Shown here: piece after piece, positions 27,735-37,772 of the stretch
Layout: each line of letters opens with the position of its first letter
How positions within the stretch are numbered: the stretch's first letter is position 1
Assembly: GCA_040218735.1 (NCBI GenBank)
Contig: JAVJQW010000055.1
Coordinates: 114,508 to 178,507 of the forward strand
DNA: 64,000 nucleotides
Source of the DNA: Deltaproteobacteria bacterium
GTDB lineage: Bacteria > Myxococcota > Kuafuiibacteriia > Kuafuiibacteriales > Kuafuiibacteriaceae
Reading direction: 5' to 3'
The notes under the pieces: generated by a model
Database searches by the model: none
Told to the model about the DNA's origin: nothing
Seen by the model: only the letters and a program-made list of their open reading frames with translations
Translations under genes and position numbers: made by a program

Positions 27735-28550
27735 ATGAACGCACGCTCCCTGCTCGCCCGCCGGATCGAGCTCGACGACGCCTGGACCCCGAGCAGCCAC
27801 AGCCCGGTCTGTTGTCTGATCTACGCGACGCAGAACGGATGGAAGCTGCCGATCCTCTTCGAAGAGATGGGCGTGCCGTACGACTGGGCGCTCGTCGACT
27901 TCGAGAAACAAGAGCAGCGCAGTGAGCGGTTCCTCGCGATCAACCCGAATGGCCGCATCCCCGCACTCATCGATCGTGAGCGCGAGGTCACGGTCGCGGA
28001 GTCGGGCGCGATCCTCGAGTACGCAGCGATCCGGTTCGACAGTTCTCTACTTCCGTCGCCGCAAGACGACTTGCAGCTCCACCTCGCGGTGAAGCAGTGG
28101 CTCTATTGGCAGGTGAGCGGGCTCGGTCCGGCGATGGGGCAGGCGATGTACTTTCAGCGCCTCGCGAAGGTGCAGGGCCACGACGATCCGTTTGCGATCG
28201 GACGCTTCGTCGCGGAGGCGGAGCGGTGCCTCGCGATGTTGGACGACCAGCTGAAGACGTCCGGCGGTCCGTTTGTGCTCGGGGAGCGATGCACGCTGGT
28301 CGACGTCGCGTGTTTTCCGTACTGCGCGAGCGCGTACTGGGCGAACACGGACATCACGGGGCTCGAACACCTGCGCGCGTGGATCGATCGACTCCACGCG
28401 CGGCCCTCGTTCCAGACCGGACTCGGGATTCCGTTTGCGCGCCCTGCGTTCTTCGGGCCGCCCCACGCCACGCCCGCGGAGATCGACGCGGAGATCCAGC
28501 GCAACGCGGGGCAGTTCGCGATCGTGACCAAGGCGCCTTCGGGGCGTTGA
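27735..28550 (+). CDS. Glutathione S-transferase (YghU/YfcG-like)
   Basis: ATQNGWK, FLAINPNGRIPAL, AESGAILEY, QWLYWQVSGLGPAMGQ. Confidence 0.9.
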   Translation: MNARSLLARRIELDDAWTPSSHSPVCCLIYATQNGWKLPILFEEMGVPYDWALVDFEKQEQRSERFLAINPNGRIPALIDREREVTVAESGAILEYAAIRFDSSLLPSPQDDLQLHLAVKQWLYWQVSGLGPAMGQAMYFQRLAKVQGHDDPFAIGRFVAEAERCLAMLDDQLKTSGGPFVLGERCTLVDVACFPYCASAYWANTDITGLEHLRAWIDRLHARPSFQTGLGIPFARPAFFGPPHATPAEIDAEIQRNAGQFAIVTKAPSGR

Positions 28551-28577
28551 CATACACATAAGCATAGACTTATTAGT
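28547..28577 (+). promoter_or_regulatory. Sigma-70-type promoter with overlapping ArsR operator
   Basis: TTGACA 28547-28552, TATTAG 28571-28576; inverted repeat ATAAG-N6-CTTAT 28558-28573. Confidence 0.65.
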
Positions 28578-28582
28578 CGGGC

Positions 28583-28909
28583 GTGCGGTCGAGCGCAGCC
28601 GAAGACCGGGTGTTCCGCGCGCTCGCGGACCCGAGCCGTCGTGCGATCTTCGAGTCGCTGACGCGCGGCGAGAGCGACGTGCAGACGTTGACGTCGCGCT
28701 TCGACATCTCGCAGCCGGCGGTGTCGCAGCACCTCGCCGCGCTCAAGAGCGCGGGTCTGGTGAACGGGCGGCGCGACGGACGGCGTGTCTACTACCGCGT
28801 GGAGCCGCGCGGGATGAAGCCGCTCATCGATTGGATCACGTACTACCGCGCGTTCTGGACAGAGCACGTCGGTCGGCTCGAGAAGCTGCTGGAGAAGATG
28901 GACGAATGA
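28583..28909 (+). CDS. ArsR/SmtB family transcriptional regulator
   Basis: VFRALADPSRR, ISQPAVSQHL, RRDGRRVYY. Confidence 0.92.
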   Translation: MRSSAAEDRVFRALADPSRRAIFESLTRGESDVQTLTSRFDISQPAVSQHLAALKSAGLVNGRRDGRRVYYRVEPRGMKPLIDWITYYRAFWTEHVGRLEKLLEKMDE

Positions 28910-29346
28910 GTATCGTCGACAAGACCCCGTCGTCGCAGACGGAGCGCATCGAGATGGAGGTCGAGCTCGCGCACGCACCCGCCAAGGTGTGGCGCGCGCT
29001 CACGGAGCCCGAGCTGCTCACGGAGTGGTTGCTGCCGGTGTTCGGCCTCTCGCTGGAGCCCGGCGTGGCGTTCACGTTTCAGGCGCCGCCGCAGCCCGAG
29101 TGGGATGGCAAGGTACGTTGCAAGCTCTTGAGCGTGGCGCCGATGGAGCGCATCAGCTGGTCGTGGGTCGTAGGGGACATGGACACCGTCGTCACCTTCA
29201 CGCTCGAAGCGATCGACACGGGGACGCGGCTGTCGCTCCTGCACACGGGCTTCGCGGAGCACCAGAAGAAGAACTTCGGTGGCGCGCGCTACGGCTGGAA
29301 GATGATGGGCGGCCAACTCGTCGAGCTGCTCGGGAGGACCTCGTGA
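28906..29346 (+). CDS. SRPBCC/AHSA1 domain protein
   Basis: KVWRALTEPELLTEW, TVVTFTLE, GTRLSLLHTGF, GW; ATG overlaps ArsR stop. Confidence 0.88.
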   Translation: MSIVDKTPSSQTERIEMEVELAHAPAKVWRALTEPELLTEWLLPVFGLSLEPGVAFTFQAPPQPEWDGKVRCKLLSVAPMERISWSWVVGDMDTVVTFTLEAIDTGTRLSLLHTGFAEHQKKNFGGARYGWKMMGGQLVELLGRTS

Positions 29347-29933
29347 CCGGACGCAACAAGAAGCTCGACAGCCTCTTCGCGAAGGCGAAGACGTGGCGCG
29401 AGGTGAAGCAGGCGTTGCGCGCGATCCTCCTGGAGTTCCCGTTCGAGGAGGAGCTCAAGTGGCGGCAGCCCTGTTACCGCTACGAGGGGAGCAACGTCGT
29501 CCTGATCTCCGGGTTCAAGGACTACTGCGCGCTCGCGTTCCTCCGGGGGGCGCTGCTGAAGGATCCGAAGGGCCGCCTGCAGGCGCCGGGGGATCACTCG
29601 CAGGCGATGCGTCAGCTCCGCTTCACGAGCGCGGAGGAGGTGCAGAAGAACGCCAAGACGATCCGTAGCTACGTGAAGAACGCGATCGACGTGCAGAAGA
29701 AGGGTCTGAAGGTCGACTTCAAGGCGCGCAAGGCGCTCGAGCTCCCGGACGAGCTCGTCGCGAAGTTCGACGACGACCCGGATCTGCGCGCCGCCTTCGA
29801 AGCGCTCACACCCGGCCGCCAACGCGGATGGCTCCTCCACTTCACGGGCGCCAAACAGTCGAAGACGCGCACCGCGCGCATCGAGAAGGCCGCCGACCGC
29901 ATCTTCGCGGGGCAGGGCATCCACGACCGCTGA
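29343..29933 (+). CDS. YdeI/OmpD-associated family protein
   Basis: EEELKWRQPCY, GALLKDP, AFEALTPGRQR, AKQSKTR. Confidence 0.9.
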   Translation: MTGRNKKLDSLFAKAKTWREVKQALRAILLEFPFEEELKWRQPCYRYEGSNVVLISGFKDYCALAFLRGALLKDPKGRLQAPGDHSQAMRQLRFTSAEEVQKNAKTIRSYVKNAIDVQKKGLKVDFKARKALELPDELVAKFDDDPDLRAAFEALTPGRQRGWLLHFTGAKQSKTRTARIEKAADRIFAGQGIHDR

Positions 29934-29940
29934 ACGCGAC

Positions 29941-29957
29941 GTGACGCGCGGCGTCAC
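29941..29957 (+). terminator. Possible terminator hairpin
   Basis: GTGACGC-GCG-GCGTCAC perfect 7-bp inverted repeat 8 nt after the stop; no U-tract. Confidence 0.35.
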
Positions 29958-30025
29958 AGAGAATCCCGGATTGAACGCAACGAATGTCAGACTGTGTGCG
30001 ATAACATCTGACGTTTGGAGGCCAA

Positions 30026-31897
30026 ATGTCCGTGACTCCGGTTCAAACCCGCCGACTTCTCGGGCTGCAGCCCCTCCCGAATCGATTTCAGACGGCCCCC
30101 GTCCTCGCCGCCCCTGAATTTCAGAACGCCCAGCTCGGGCCCCGCTTCCTGCCCACCGCACCCGTCGCCTCCAAGCGTAGCGCTGCTCAGCTGCGGGCCT
30201 GGAGCGCCTCCGAGGATCTCGCGCTCTCCTCGCGCCTGAGGAAACGCCTCAACAAGAAGCGCGGCGACGACATCTCGACGGAAGACGCGCAGTACCTCGT
30301 CAACGCGCTCCGCCGCGCGCCCGCGATCGGCGAGACCACCGTGCGCCTCCTGCTGTCGATGCTCGAGCACGCCAACCTCGAGGACCCGTCGCTGTGGTCC
30401 GACATGTTCGTTGCGGTCGCGAAGAAGGCGCCCGACCTCGACACGCTGCTCCCGCCGGAGCGCATCGTCACCGTCATTCACGAGCTCGCGGAGAAGCTCG
30501 GCAAACACAAGAAGCTGAACGACGAAGCCGTCGAGAAGCTCCTCGCGTTCGGCACGCTGCGCGGCGTCCCGAACATCCGCACGCGCCGCGCCCTCGAAGC
30601 CGTGCGCCGCCTGCACCCGATGACGCAGAGCGCGGCGAAGACGATGAAGACGCGCCTCGACGCCATCCCGTTCGCGCCGCCGAAGCCGTGGACGTTCTTC
30701 ATCTACATGGCGAGCGAGAACAACCTCGAGCCGTACGCGGTCGACGACCTCGTCGACATGCAGCAGACGTTCGAGAAGATCGCGCCGTTCGCCAACGTCG
30801 TGGTGCTCGCCGACGGCGGCGTCGTGAACGACGAGGACAAGACCCTCGGCCCGCAGCCCGCGAACAACTGGTCGCAGAAGACACGATTGCTCCTCATCGA
30901 GCCGTCCGAGATGGAAGGCCACGTGATGTCGCGCGCGATCCCCGTGCCGGTCGACACGCCGCTCGGCGAGCTGATGCAGCAGAACAAGGGCGACCTCAAC
31001 CTCGGCAGCCCCGACACGCTGCGGAAGTCGATCGACTTCGTGCAGAAGGGCATCCCGTCCGATCACATGTTCTTCTCGGTGTGGAGCCACGGGCTCGCGT
31101 GGAAGGGCATCGCGGAGGACGAAAACGCCGGACGTGGATCCGACATGCTCCGCCCGCACGAGCTGATCGACGCGCTCGGCGACCTCGAGCACCCGCCCGC
31201 GGTCATGGGCTTCGACGCGTGCCTCATGGCGAACAGCGGCGTGAGCGCGCTGCTCGAAGAGCTCGGGTCCGAGTACATGATCGGGAGCCAAGAGCTCCTC
31301 GACGCCGAGGGCTGGGGCTACCACCGCGTCTTCGAAGGGCTCGCGAAGGCGGAGAAGAAGGCCGGCAAGCTCACGCCCGAGGCGCTCGCGCACACGATCG
31401 TCGACGTCGCGCACGGCACGACGCTCTCGGCGATGAAACTCTCCGAGTCCACGAAGGTCTGGGCCGGGCTCGACAAACTCGGCGAGGCGCTCAACGCGAT
31501 CGGTGGGCGCAGCAACCCCGAGGTGCAACAGATCCTCGAGTCACTGCCGCGCTACGGGAGCTACGGCGTCGACGCGAGTGAAGAGGACAAGGCGCAGGGC
31601 GACGAGGACGTCGTCGACGTCATCCACATGTGCAAACAGCTCGAGGCGGCGTTCCCGCGTTCGGACATCGCCAAGGCAGCGAAGAAGCTCCGCGAGACGA
31701 CGGCCGACGCGACGCACTTCAAGAACATGCCCTCGAAGTCGTACCCCGGCATCGAGAACTACAGCCATGGGCTCACGACGTACCTCCCGCGCACCGGCGA
31801 CGTCTTCAAGTCGCACTACCTGGGCAAAGGCGCAGTTTGGAAACACCGCGCGCCGTCTTGGATTGCCTTGCTGAAGCAGAAGCCCGAAAAATCCTGA
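30026..31897 (+). CDS. Clostripain-related cysteine peptidase (C11) with long N-terminal extension
   Basis: KPWTFFIYMASENNL, VWSHGLAW (His), GFDACLMA (Cys), YMIGSQE, GLTTYLP; GGAGG RBS; no signal peptide. Confidence 0.85.
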   Translation: MSVTPVQTRRLLGLQPLPNRFQTAPVLAAPEFQNAQLGPRFLPTAPVASKRSAAQLRAWSASEDLALSSRLRKRLNKKRGDDISTEDAQYLVNALRRAPAIGETTVRLLLSMLEHANLEDPSLWSDMFVAVAKKAPDLDTLLPPERIVTVIHELAEKLGKHKKLNDEAVEKLLAFGTLRGVPNIRTRRALEAVRRLHPMTQSAAKTMKTRLDAIPFAPPKPWTFFIYMASENNLEPYAVDDLVDMQQTFEKIAPFANVVVLADGGVVNDEDKTLGPQPANNWSQKTRLLLIEPSEMEGHVMSRAIPVPVDTPLGELMQQNKGDLNLGSPDTLRKSIDFVQKGIPSDHMFFSVWSHGLAWKGIAEDENAGRGSDMLRPHELIDALGDLEHPPAVMGFDACLMANSGVSALLEELGSEYMIGSQELLDAEGWGYHRVFEGLAKAEKKAGKLTPEALAHTIVDVAHGTTLSAMKLSESTKVWAGLDKLGEALNAIGGRSNPEVQQILESLPRYGSYGVDASEEDKAQGDEDVVDVIHMCKQLEAAFPRSDIAKAAKKLRETTADATHFKNMPSKSYPGIENYSHGLTTYLPRTGDVFKSHYLGKGAVWKHRAPSWIALLKQKPEKS

Positions 31898-31901
31898 CCT
31901 C

Positions 31902-32789
31902 ATGGACCGCGTCCGCCGACTCGCCGCCTTCTGGAACTGGCTTCCGGCGTTTCGGGCGGTCGCGGAGGCCGAGCACCTCCCCTCTGCGTCCGGGGAGATG
32001 CACGTCAGCGCGTCGGCGCTGTCCCGATCGATCCGGCTGTTGGAGGACGCGCTCGGCGTCGAGCTCTTCGAACGTCGCGGCCGTAACCTGATCCTCACCG
32101 ACGCGGGCCGCACGCTGCTCGTCTCGGTGCGCCGCGCGATGCGCGTGCTCGACGACGGCGTCGAGCAACTCTCGGCGCAGGGCGGGAGCGGGCCGGTGCG
32201 CATCGCGTGCCCCGGACCGTTTGCCTCGCTGTTCGTCTTGCCCGCGTTGGAGGCGCTGCGCGAAGAACACCCGGCGCTCGTGCCCGTGCTGCAGTCGGCG
32301 GACGGCGACCGGGCGAACGCGCTCCTGCTCACCGGCGACCTCGACCTCGCGCTCGTGGACGACCCCGTGCAGCGGCCGCACCTCGTCGTCGAGCGCCTCA
32401 CGGGAATCGCGTACGGCGTCTACTGCGGGCGACCGCATCCGCTCTACGCGGTGGAGGCCCCCACGCTCGAAGACGTCCAGGCGCACCGGTTCGCGGCGCC
32501 CCCGTCCGGCGACGATCACTGGCCCTCCGACGTCGCGCGGATCGTCGGCGCGGAGCTCACGCAGCTGCAGCTCGGCGTCGACTTCTGTTTGGAGGGGGGC
32601 TACCTCGCGGTGCTCCCGGACCCGGTCGCGAAGCGCTACGTGGACGACGGGCGGCTGCGTCGGATCCCGCTGGAGATCTTCGAGTCGACGGCGCTCTACG
32701 CGGTCTATCGCGAGCCGCTCGGCACGCCGACGAAGGTCGACATCGTGCTCCCCGCACTACGCAGCGTCGTGCAGCGAACGACCGGGTGA
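31902..32789 (+). CDS. LysR family transcriptional regulator
   Basis: FRAVAE, SALSRSIRLLEDALGVELFERRGRNLILTDAG. Confidence 0.92.
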   Translation: MDRVRRLAAFWNWLPAFRAVAEAEHLPSASGEMHVSASALSRSIRLLEDALGVELFERRGRNLILTDAGRTLLVSVRRAMRVLDDGVEQLSAQGGSGPVRIACPGPFASLFVLPALEALREEHPALVPVLQSADGDRANALLLTGDLDLALVDDPVQRPHLVVERLTGIAYGVYCGRPHPLYAVEAPTLEDVQAHRFAAPPSGDDHWPSDVARIVGAELTQLQLGVDFCLEGGYLAVLPDPVAKRYVDDGRLRRIPLEIFESTALYAVYREPLGTPTKVDIVLPALRSVVQRTTG

Positions 32790-33581
32790 GCGGTGCAGGA
32801 CGGCGGGGGGCAGGATGCCCTCGCGCTGGAACGCTTCGTAGATGCGCTGCGAGACGTCGGACTCGAAGGCCTTCTCGTACTGCAGCTCGAGCACGTACGC
32901 CTTCGCGCGGAGGCGCACCGCGATCATCATGTCGAGGCGCACTTCGTTGACGAGGACCGTCCAGGGTTTGGCGGCGAAGAAGTACGGGCTCGAGATCAGG
33001 CACTCCTCCACGATCTTCTTCGCGCGCGGGATGTTCTGGTCGGTGCCGATGTGGAAGTCCTGCTGCACGAGCATCGTCAGCGCGCCGGAGTTGCCGGACG
33101 ACACCGGGCTGCCGAGGAAGGAGCTGTTGGGGATGGTGACTTCGTTGTCGTCGAGCGTGACGAGGCGGACGGAGCGCAGGCCGACGTTCGTGATCGTCCC
33201 GTAGAAGCCGCCGAAGCTCACACGGTCGCCGACCTGGAACGGCTTCTCGAAGAGGATCATCACGCCCGCGAGGACGGACGACGCCTGGTCCTTCAGCACG
33301 AGGCCGACGGTGACGACGATCGTGCCGCCGAGGACGGTGAGGACCTCCTTCGAAACGGAGAACATCGACTGGAACGCAAACAGCGCACCCAGCACGTAGA
33401 TGGCGAAGCGGATGAACGCGGAGATCTGGCTGACGAGGAGCCGGTTCTTCGCAAACGCCGCGGTGATGCGCTCCGTGACCTCGCGCAGGACCCGCGCGAT
33501 GAACCATGTCACCGCGATGACGAAGATGGCGCTGACGAGTCCGGAGAACCGGATGAGCTCGAGGATTTGGCCTGCTTCCAC
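32757..33581 (-). CDS. Small-conductance mechanosensitive channel (MscS family)
   Basis: Three TM helices, FEKPFQVGDRV, GLRSVRLVTLDDNEVTIPN; GTG start inferred. Confidence 0.88.
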   Translation of the reverse strand: MEAGQILELIRFSGLVSAIFVIAVTWFIARVLREVTERITAAFAKNRLLVSQISAFIRFAIYVLGALFAFQSMFSVSKEVLTVLGGTIVVTVGLVLKDQASSVLAGVMILFEKPFQVGDRVSFGGFYGTITNVGLRSVRLVTLDDNEVTIPNSSFLGSPVSSGNSGALTMLVQQDFHIGTDQNIPRAKKIVEECLISSPYFFAAKPWTVLVNEVRLDMMIAVRLRAKAYVLELQYEKAFESDVSQRIYEAFQREGILPPAVLHRSPGRSLHDAA

Positions 33582-33595
33582 GTGCGCGTCCCTTT

Positions 33596-36500
33596 CTAGA
33601 TCATGTTGTGCTGCGACAGGTGCCGCATGACCGAGCGGTACCAGTGCACGCCGATCTCGAACTGGTCGGAGTCGGCGACGGGCTCGAGGATGCCTTCCTC
33701 GACGCCGCGGGTGAGGGTGGCCGCCGCGAGCTGCGGATCCATACGCAACACGCGCGCAAGCTGGGTTGCGCTGAGACGGTCGTGCGTCGCGAGCGCCGCG
33801 TAGGCAAAACGGACCTCCGGCGGCGCGCGGTCGAGGCGTTCGCCGCGCGGGCTGGAGAAGAGGCGGACGCGTACGCGATCGTCCGCGACGTAGGCGAGCG
33901 AGCGCAGCCAGAAGTGACACGCGACGGCGGGGCAGCCGTCCGCGTAGTCCCAGATGAGTCGCGTGTACGCCTCGCTGCTGCGGGCGAGGGCGGTGGTGTT
34001 GTCGGACTCGTTGGAGTCGGCGAGGAGGTCGTCGAACTGGTGCACGACGCCGGAGGCGGCGGCGCGCGCCATCAACAGCATGCGGATGTCTTGTTCGGAC
34101 CACTCGCGGATGAACTGCTCGGACCGGAAGCGAACGCGACGCGGGCGCGCGGCGGAGATGTAGCGCCACGCGGTGTCGTCGGCGGCCGCGATCCAGAAGA
34201 CACGATCGGCGGTGCGCTCCATGACGTCGAGGAGGAGATCGAAGCCGTCGTAGCCGCCGAGGTCACGGACGACGAGGCGGTGAATGTCGTCGAGGAGGAT
34301 GATGCGACGCGCGTCGCGGAGCTTCTCGATGATGTCGTCCGGTTCGTCGGCGCCGGTGATCCTCCCGAGGTGGTGGAGGAGGCAGTCGCGTCCGTCGTCG
34401 CGGCGGGAGAGGGCGACGTGCTCCACGGGGACGTCGTACGAACGCGCGGCCTCCGCGGCGCGCCACAGCCACGTCGTCTTGCCGTAGCCGCGCGGAGCAC
34501 GGACGAGGAAGCTGCCGCGCATCCGCCCCTCGTTCCACGCGTCGAGGTCGGCCTGGAGTTTGTCGAGGCCGGGGCAGAAGTCGACGCGCACGTCGGAGTC
34601 CGTGAGGGGCTGCGTCGAGAACGCGTCCTTCAGCGCGAGGGGGAGCCGCTCGACGTCGCCCTTGAACTGGCCCAGCTCTTCGCCGCGGCGCTCGAGGCGC
34701 TTGCGGAAGAGGAACGAGAGCGCCTTGCGGATCTGGTCGAACTGGAGCGCGGTCTCCTTGGCGACCGCGACGATGCCGCGCACCGCGACGAGGAAGAACG
34801 CCGCGAGGACGACGACGAAGCTGTAGTACTTGTCCTTCGACTGGTCGACGAGGCGCGCGAGGGTCCCCTCGGGGCGGAAGCGCAGGTACGTCGCGGCGAT
34901 CTCCGTGCGCCAGCTACGGACGAGCAGGAAGCCGACGACGACGACACCGAGCGTGAGGAAACGTTCGCCGTGGTGCGCGAGCACGCCGCGCCCGAGGATG
35001 TTGTGGGCGAGGGACAGGAACATCCCGAAGACAAACGCGGCGCGGCCGGCGTGGAGCGTGGTGCGTTCGATCTTCGCGCGCAGGTCGGGGCGCACCGCGA
35101 TTTGGCGGCGCCGCGCGAGCGCGAGGATCGCGGAGTTCGCAGCGACGCGAATCAGCCAGTAATACGAGAACCAGACGACGACCGTGAACGCGAGCTCCAG
35201 CTCGAGGAAGTCACCGAACCCGCCGAGCCACCAACGCCCCGCGTGTAGCGCGAAGATGAAGATCACCGGCGATGCGAACCGCTCGACCGCGCGCTGCAGG
35301 ACGGTCACGCGTCTGAGCGACACCATCGACTGCACGCGGTCCGGACGATGGACCGCGAGCCACTTGCGCAGGCGGGGGACGCTCTTCCGTCGCAGCCAGT
35401 ACGCCGCGAAGAAGATGACGAGCAGCTTGAGGATCGTGGTGGCCCATCGCCCGAGGTTCGAGAAGTCGGTGAAGTCGAGGCGCGCGATCGACTGCGCTCG
35501 CGCGACGATTCGCGCTTGTGTCGTGAGGCGAAGCGCCGAGATTTCACGTCGCGCCTCGGTCAGCCCCACCTTGGAGTAGGCGAAGCGCTCGGAGCGATCG
35601 TCGGGAGACATCGCGAGGAGGACGCGCTCGCGCGAGGCCATCAGCGCCTCGACCTCGGCGAGCCACTGCACGATGTCGTCGGCGCGCGAAGTGCGTTCGG
35701 TGGTGCGGATCTCTTCGCGGTAGCGCTCGAACTCGACGATCGACTCCCGCACTTCGAAGGCCGCTTGTCGCTCCTCGGGGCTCGCGTCCGTGTCGGTGTC
35801 GGGCGGCTCGACGTCGAGCTCGCCGAGCTTCAGCGACTCGGTCGCGAGGGACATCGAGACCTCGAGCTCCTCGAGCGCGCGGTCGACGAGGATGATCGAC
35901 GTCTCGTACATCGAGTCCGCCGCGGTGGCGGAGATCGTCCCCTGCGATGCCGCGATGTGTTTCGTCGCCTTCGCGACGACCTCGGCTTCGAGCGCGTTGC
36001 GGACCTGGCGGTCCTTGGAGAGTTTCTCGGCGCGATCGGCGAGCGCGCTCATCGACTGCGCGACGCGGGCACGGAGGCCCTTCAGCGCCTTGAGCTTCTG
36101 CGTGCGTGCGCGCTCGGCGTCCGCGAGGGCGGCGCGTCGTTGGCCTTCGGCGCGCTGCGCCGCGGCGGCGGCCCGCTCCGCCTCCGCGCGTGACTCCGCG
36201 GCCGCGAGGCGGGCTTCGTACTTGGCTTCCGCGCCGCGGACACGCTCCGCGAGGACGTCGGGCGGGAGGCTCAGCAGCTCGAGCTCCAACACCGCTGCGC
36301 GGAAGTCGAGGATGGGGCGGCGCAGGCCGACCTCGACGGCCGACGTGCTCGTGGAGGAGGTCGCGACGAGCGGGAGTGACGATGAGGCCTCGACGATCTG
36401 GTCGTTGAGGCGCTCCACGCGGGCCTTGATCGCTTTGGGGTCGTCGAGGTCGACGCCGAAGAGGGTTCGGATCGGGACGTCCAGGCTGGTCTGGCCCTTC

Positions 36501-36625
36501 AGGACGCGCGCGAGGCGACGCACGCGCCGCTCGAGGTGGTCGTAGGTCTCCGGCGTCTCGTCCGCGCGAGCGACGTTCCCGGCCAGGATCAGGGGCAGGG
36601 CGATGAAGATCGGGTGCAGACGCAT
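33596..36625 (-). CDS. Large membrane protein with periplasmic coiled coil, TM bundle and C-terminal P-loop ATPase
   Basis: Signal peptide MRLHPIFIALPLILAGNVARA; Ala/Glu/Arg coiled coil; about 6 TM; Walker A APRGYGKT, Walker B IILLDD. Confidence 0.75.
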   Translation of the reverse strand: MRLHPIFIALPLILAGNVARADETPETYDHLERRVRRLARVLKGQTSLDVPIRTLFGVDLDDPKAIKARVERLNDQIVEASSSLPLVATSSTSTSAVEVGLRRPILDFRAAVLELELLSLPPDVLAERVRGAEAKYEARLAAAESRAEAERAAAAAQRAEGQRRAALADAERARTQKLKALKGLRARVAQSMSALADRAEKLSKDRQVRNALEAEVVAKATKHIAASQGTISATAADSMYETSIILVDRALEELEVSMSLATESLKLGELDVEPPDTDTDASPEERQAAFEVRESIVEFERYREEIRTTERTSRADDIVQWLAEVEALMASRERVLLAMSPDDRSERFAYSKVGLTEARREISALRLTTQARIVARAQSIARLDFTDFSNLGRWATTILKLLVIFFAAYWLRRKSVPRLRKWLAVHRPDRVQSMVSLRRVTVLQRAVERFASPVIFIFALHAGRWWLGGFGDFLELELAFTVVVWFSYYWLIRVAANSAILALARRRQIAVRPDLRAKIERTTLHAGRAAFVFGMFLSLAHNILGRGVLAHHGERFLTLGVVVVGFLLVRSWRTEIAATYLRFRPEGTLARLVDQSKDKYYSFVVVLAAFFLVAVRGIVAVAKETALQFDQIRKALSFLFRKRLERRGEELGQFKGDVERLPLALKDAFSTQPLTDSDVRVDFCPGLDKLQADLDAWNEGRMRGSFLVRAPRGYGKTTWLWRAAEAARSYDVPVEHVALSRRDDGRDCLLHHLGRITGADEPDDIIEKLRDARRIILLDDIHRLVVRDLGGYDGFDLLLDVMERTADRVFWIAAADDTAWRYISAARPRRVRFRSEQFIREWSEQDIRMLLMARAAASGVVHQFDDLLADSNESDNTTALARSSEAYTRLIWDYADGCPAVACHFWLRSLAYVADDRVRVRLFSSPRGERLDRAPPEVRFAYAALATHDRLSATQLARVLRMDPQLAAATLTRGVEEGILEPVADSDQFEIGVHWYRSVMRHLSQHNMI

Positions 36626-36794
36626 CGAGCCATCCCGACTGTCCGGAGTTCGCGGCGAGTGCGCAATTTTTCGGCCGCTGCGCGGAATCGGCCCCCCATC
36701 GGCTGGCCCGGGGGAGGCACATTGTCGCAGGTCGCACCTTTTTTCCCCCGACGCCGGTACAACCTCGTAACTTCGGTGGCGCAGAGCCTTACTC

Positions 36795-37274
36795 ATGAAA
36801 GTCCAATCGATGATGAAGCCGTCCCTCACCGCCGCCGCCCTGGCGCTCGTCTTTGCCGCGGGCTGCGGCCAGGCCGACCCGATGCTGCACGCCGTCACGG
36901 TCAGCCCCGCGACGGTCGCCGCGGGTGAGGACCTGACCCTCACCGTCGACCTCGAGAACTTCGACCTCGTGAACCCGGATGGCCACGCCCACGGGCTCCG
37001 TGCGGCTGACGAAAGCCACGAGCACGGCGAGGCCGACGGGGACTACCCCTCGGAGGGCCACTTCCACGTCTACATGGACTCGGTGGAGCAGAACCCCCTC
37101 ATGATCAACTGCCCGGACCACTGCATGCACTCCGCGTTTGCGAAGGAGGTCCGCGCGCGCATCCCGGACGGGACCGCGGCCGGAATGCACACGATCATCG
37201 TTCGGTTGAACGACAACAGCCACATGACCCTGACCCCGCACATCAAGGCCGAAGCGACCTTCACGGTGCAGTGA
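36795..37274 (+). CDS. His-rich lipoprotein (DUF4399/DUF6130-like)
   Basis: FAAGC lipobox; HAHG, HEHG, GHFHVYMD, CPDHCMH. Confidence 0.65.
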   Translation: MKVQSMMKPSLTAAALALVFAAGCGQADPMLHAVTVSPATVAAGEDLTLTVDLENFDLVNPDGHAHGLRAADESHEHGEADGDYPSEGHFHVYMDSVEQNPLMINCPDHCMHSAFAKEVRARIPDGTAAGMHTIIVRLNDNSHMTLTPHIKAEATFTVQ

Positions 37275-37295
37275 CCGCCGAAAGCGAGTGACCGA

Positions 37296-37772
37296 ATGAA
37301 GCTTGGCCCCGTCCTCCTCACGCTCCCCCTCGTCCTCGCCGCCGCCTGTTCGGGCGGTGACGACATCGGGACGAATCCCAACGCGCTGTGCGGGGACGAG
37401 TCGCGAGCGACGGACTATGTCTCGGGGCTGGAGCTCGATACGACGGACGCCGCGTTCACCGTGCGCCTCACGGACGTGATGGTCGCCGACACGCCGCAGC
37501 CGCCAGATCGCGGGAACAATCTGTGGACGTTCGAGGTACTGGACTCCGCCGGATCGCCGGTCACGGACGCGACGGTCGAGATGAAGGCTTGGATGCCCGA
37601 CCACGGCCATGGCACGAACCCGCTGTGGAACGACGCGCGTCCGATGAACGGCGGCGGCTACGAGGTCGGCGCGTTCGACCTGTTCATGGGTGGGTTTTGG
37701 CAGTTCACGTTCAGGGTCGACCAAGCCGGGAACACCGACGAGGGCGTCGTCGGCTTCTGCATCGAGGGTTGA
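37296..37772 (+). CDS. FixH/YtkA-like lipoprotein
   Basis: LAAAC lipobox; WMPDHGHG, LFMGGFW, FCIEG. Confidence 0.75.
   Translation: MKLGPVLLTLPLVLAAACSGGDDIGTNPNALCGDESRATDYVSGLELDTTDAAFTVRLTDVMVADTPQPPDRGNNLWTFEVLDSAGSPVTDATVEMKAWMPDHGHGTNPLWNDARPMNGGGYEVGAFDLFMGGFWQFTFRVDQAGNTDEGVVGFCIEG

Noticed and set aside
24930-28550. 1206-aa ORF suggesting a giant GST fusion
   Set aside because: Only the part from 27735 is GST; the rest is an off-frame read over the SDR and MMPL genes
32757-32789. Convergent 3' overlap of LysR and MscS (also 49403-49412)
   Set aside because: Short convergent overlaps are common in compact high-GC genomes
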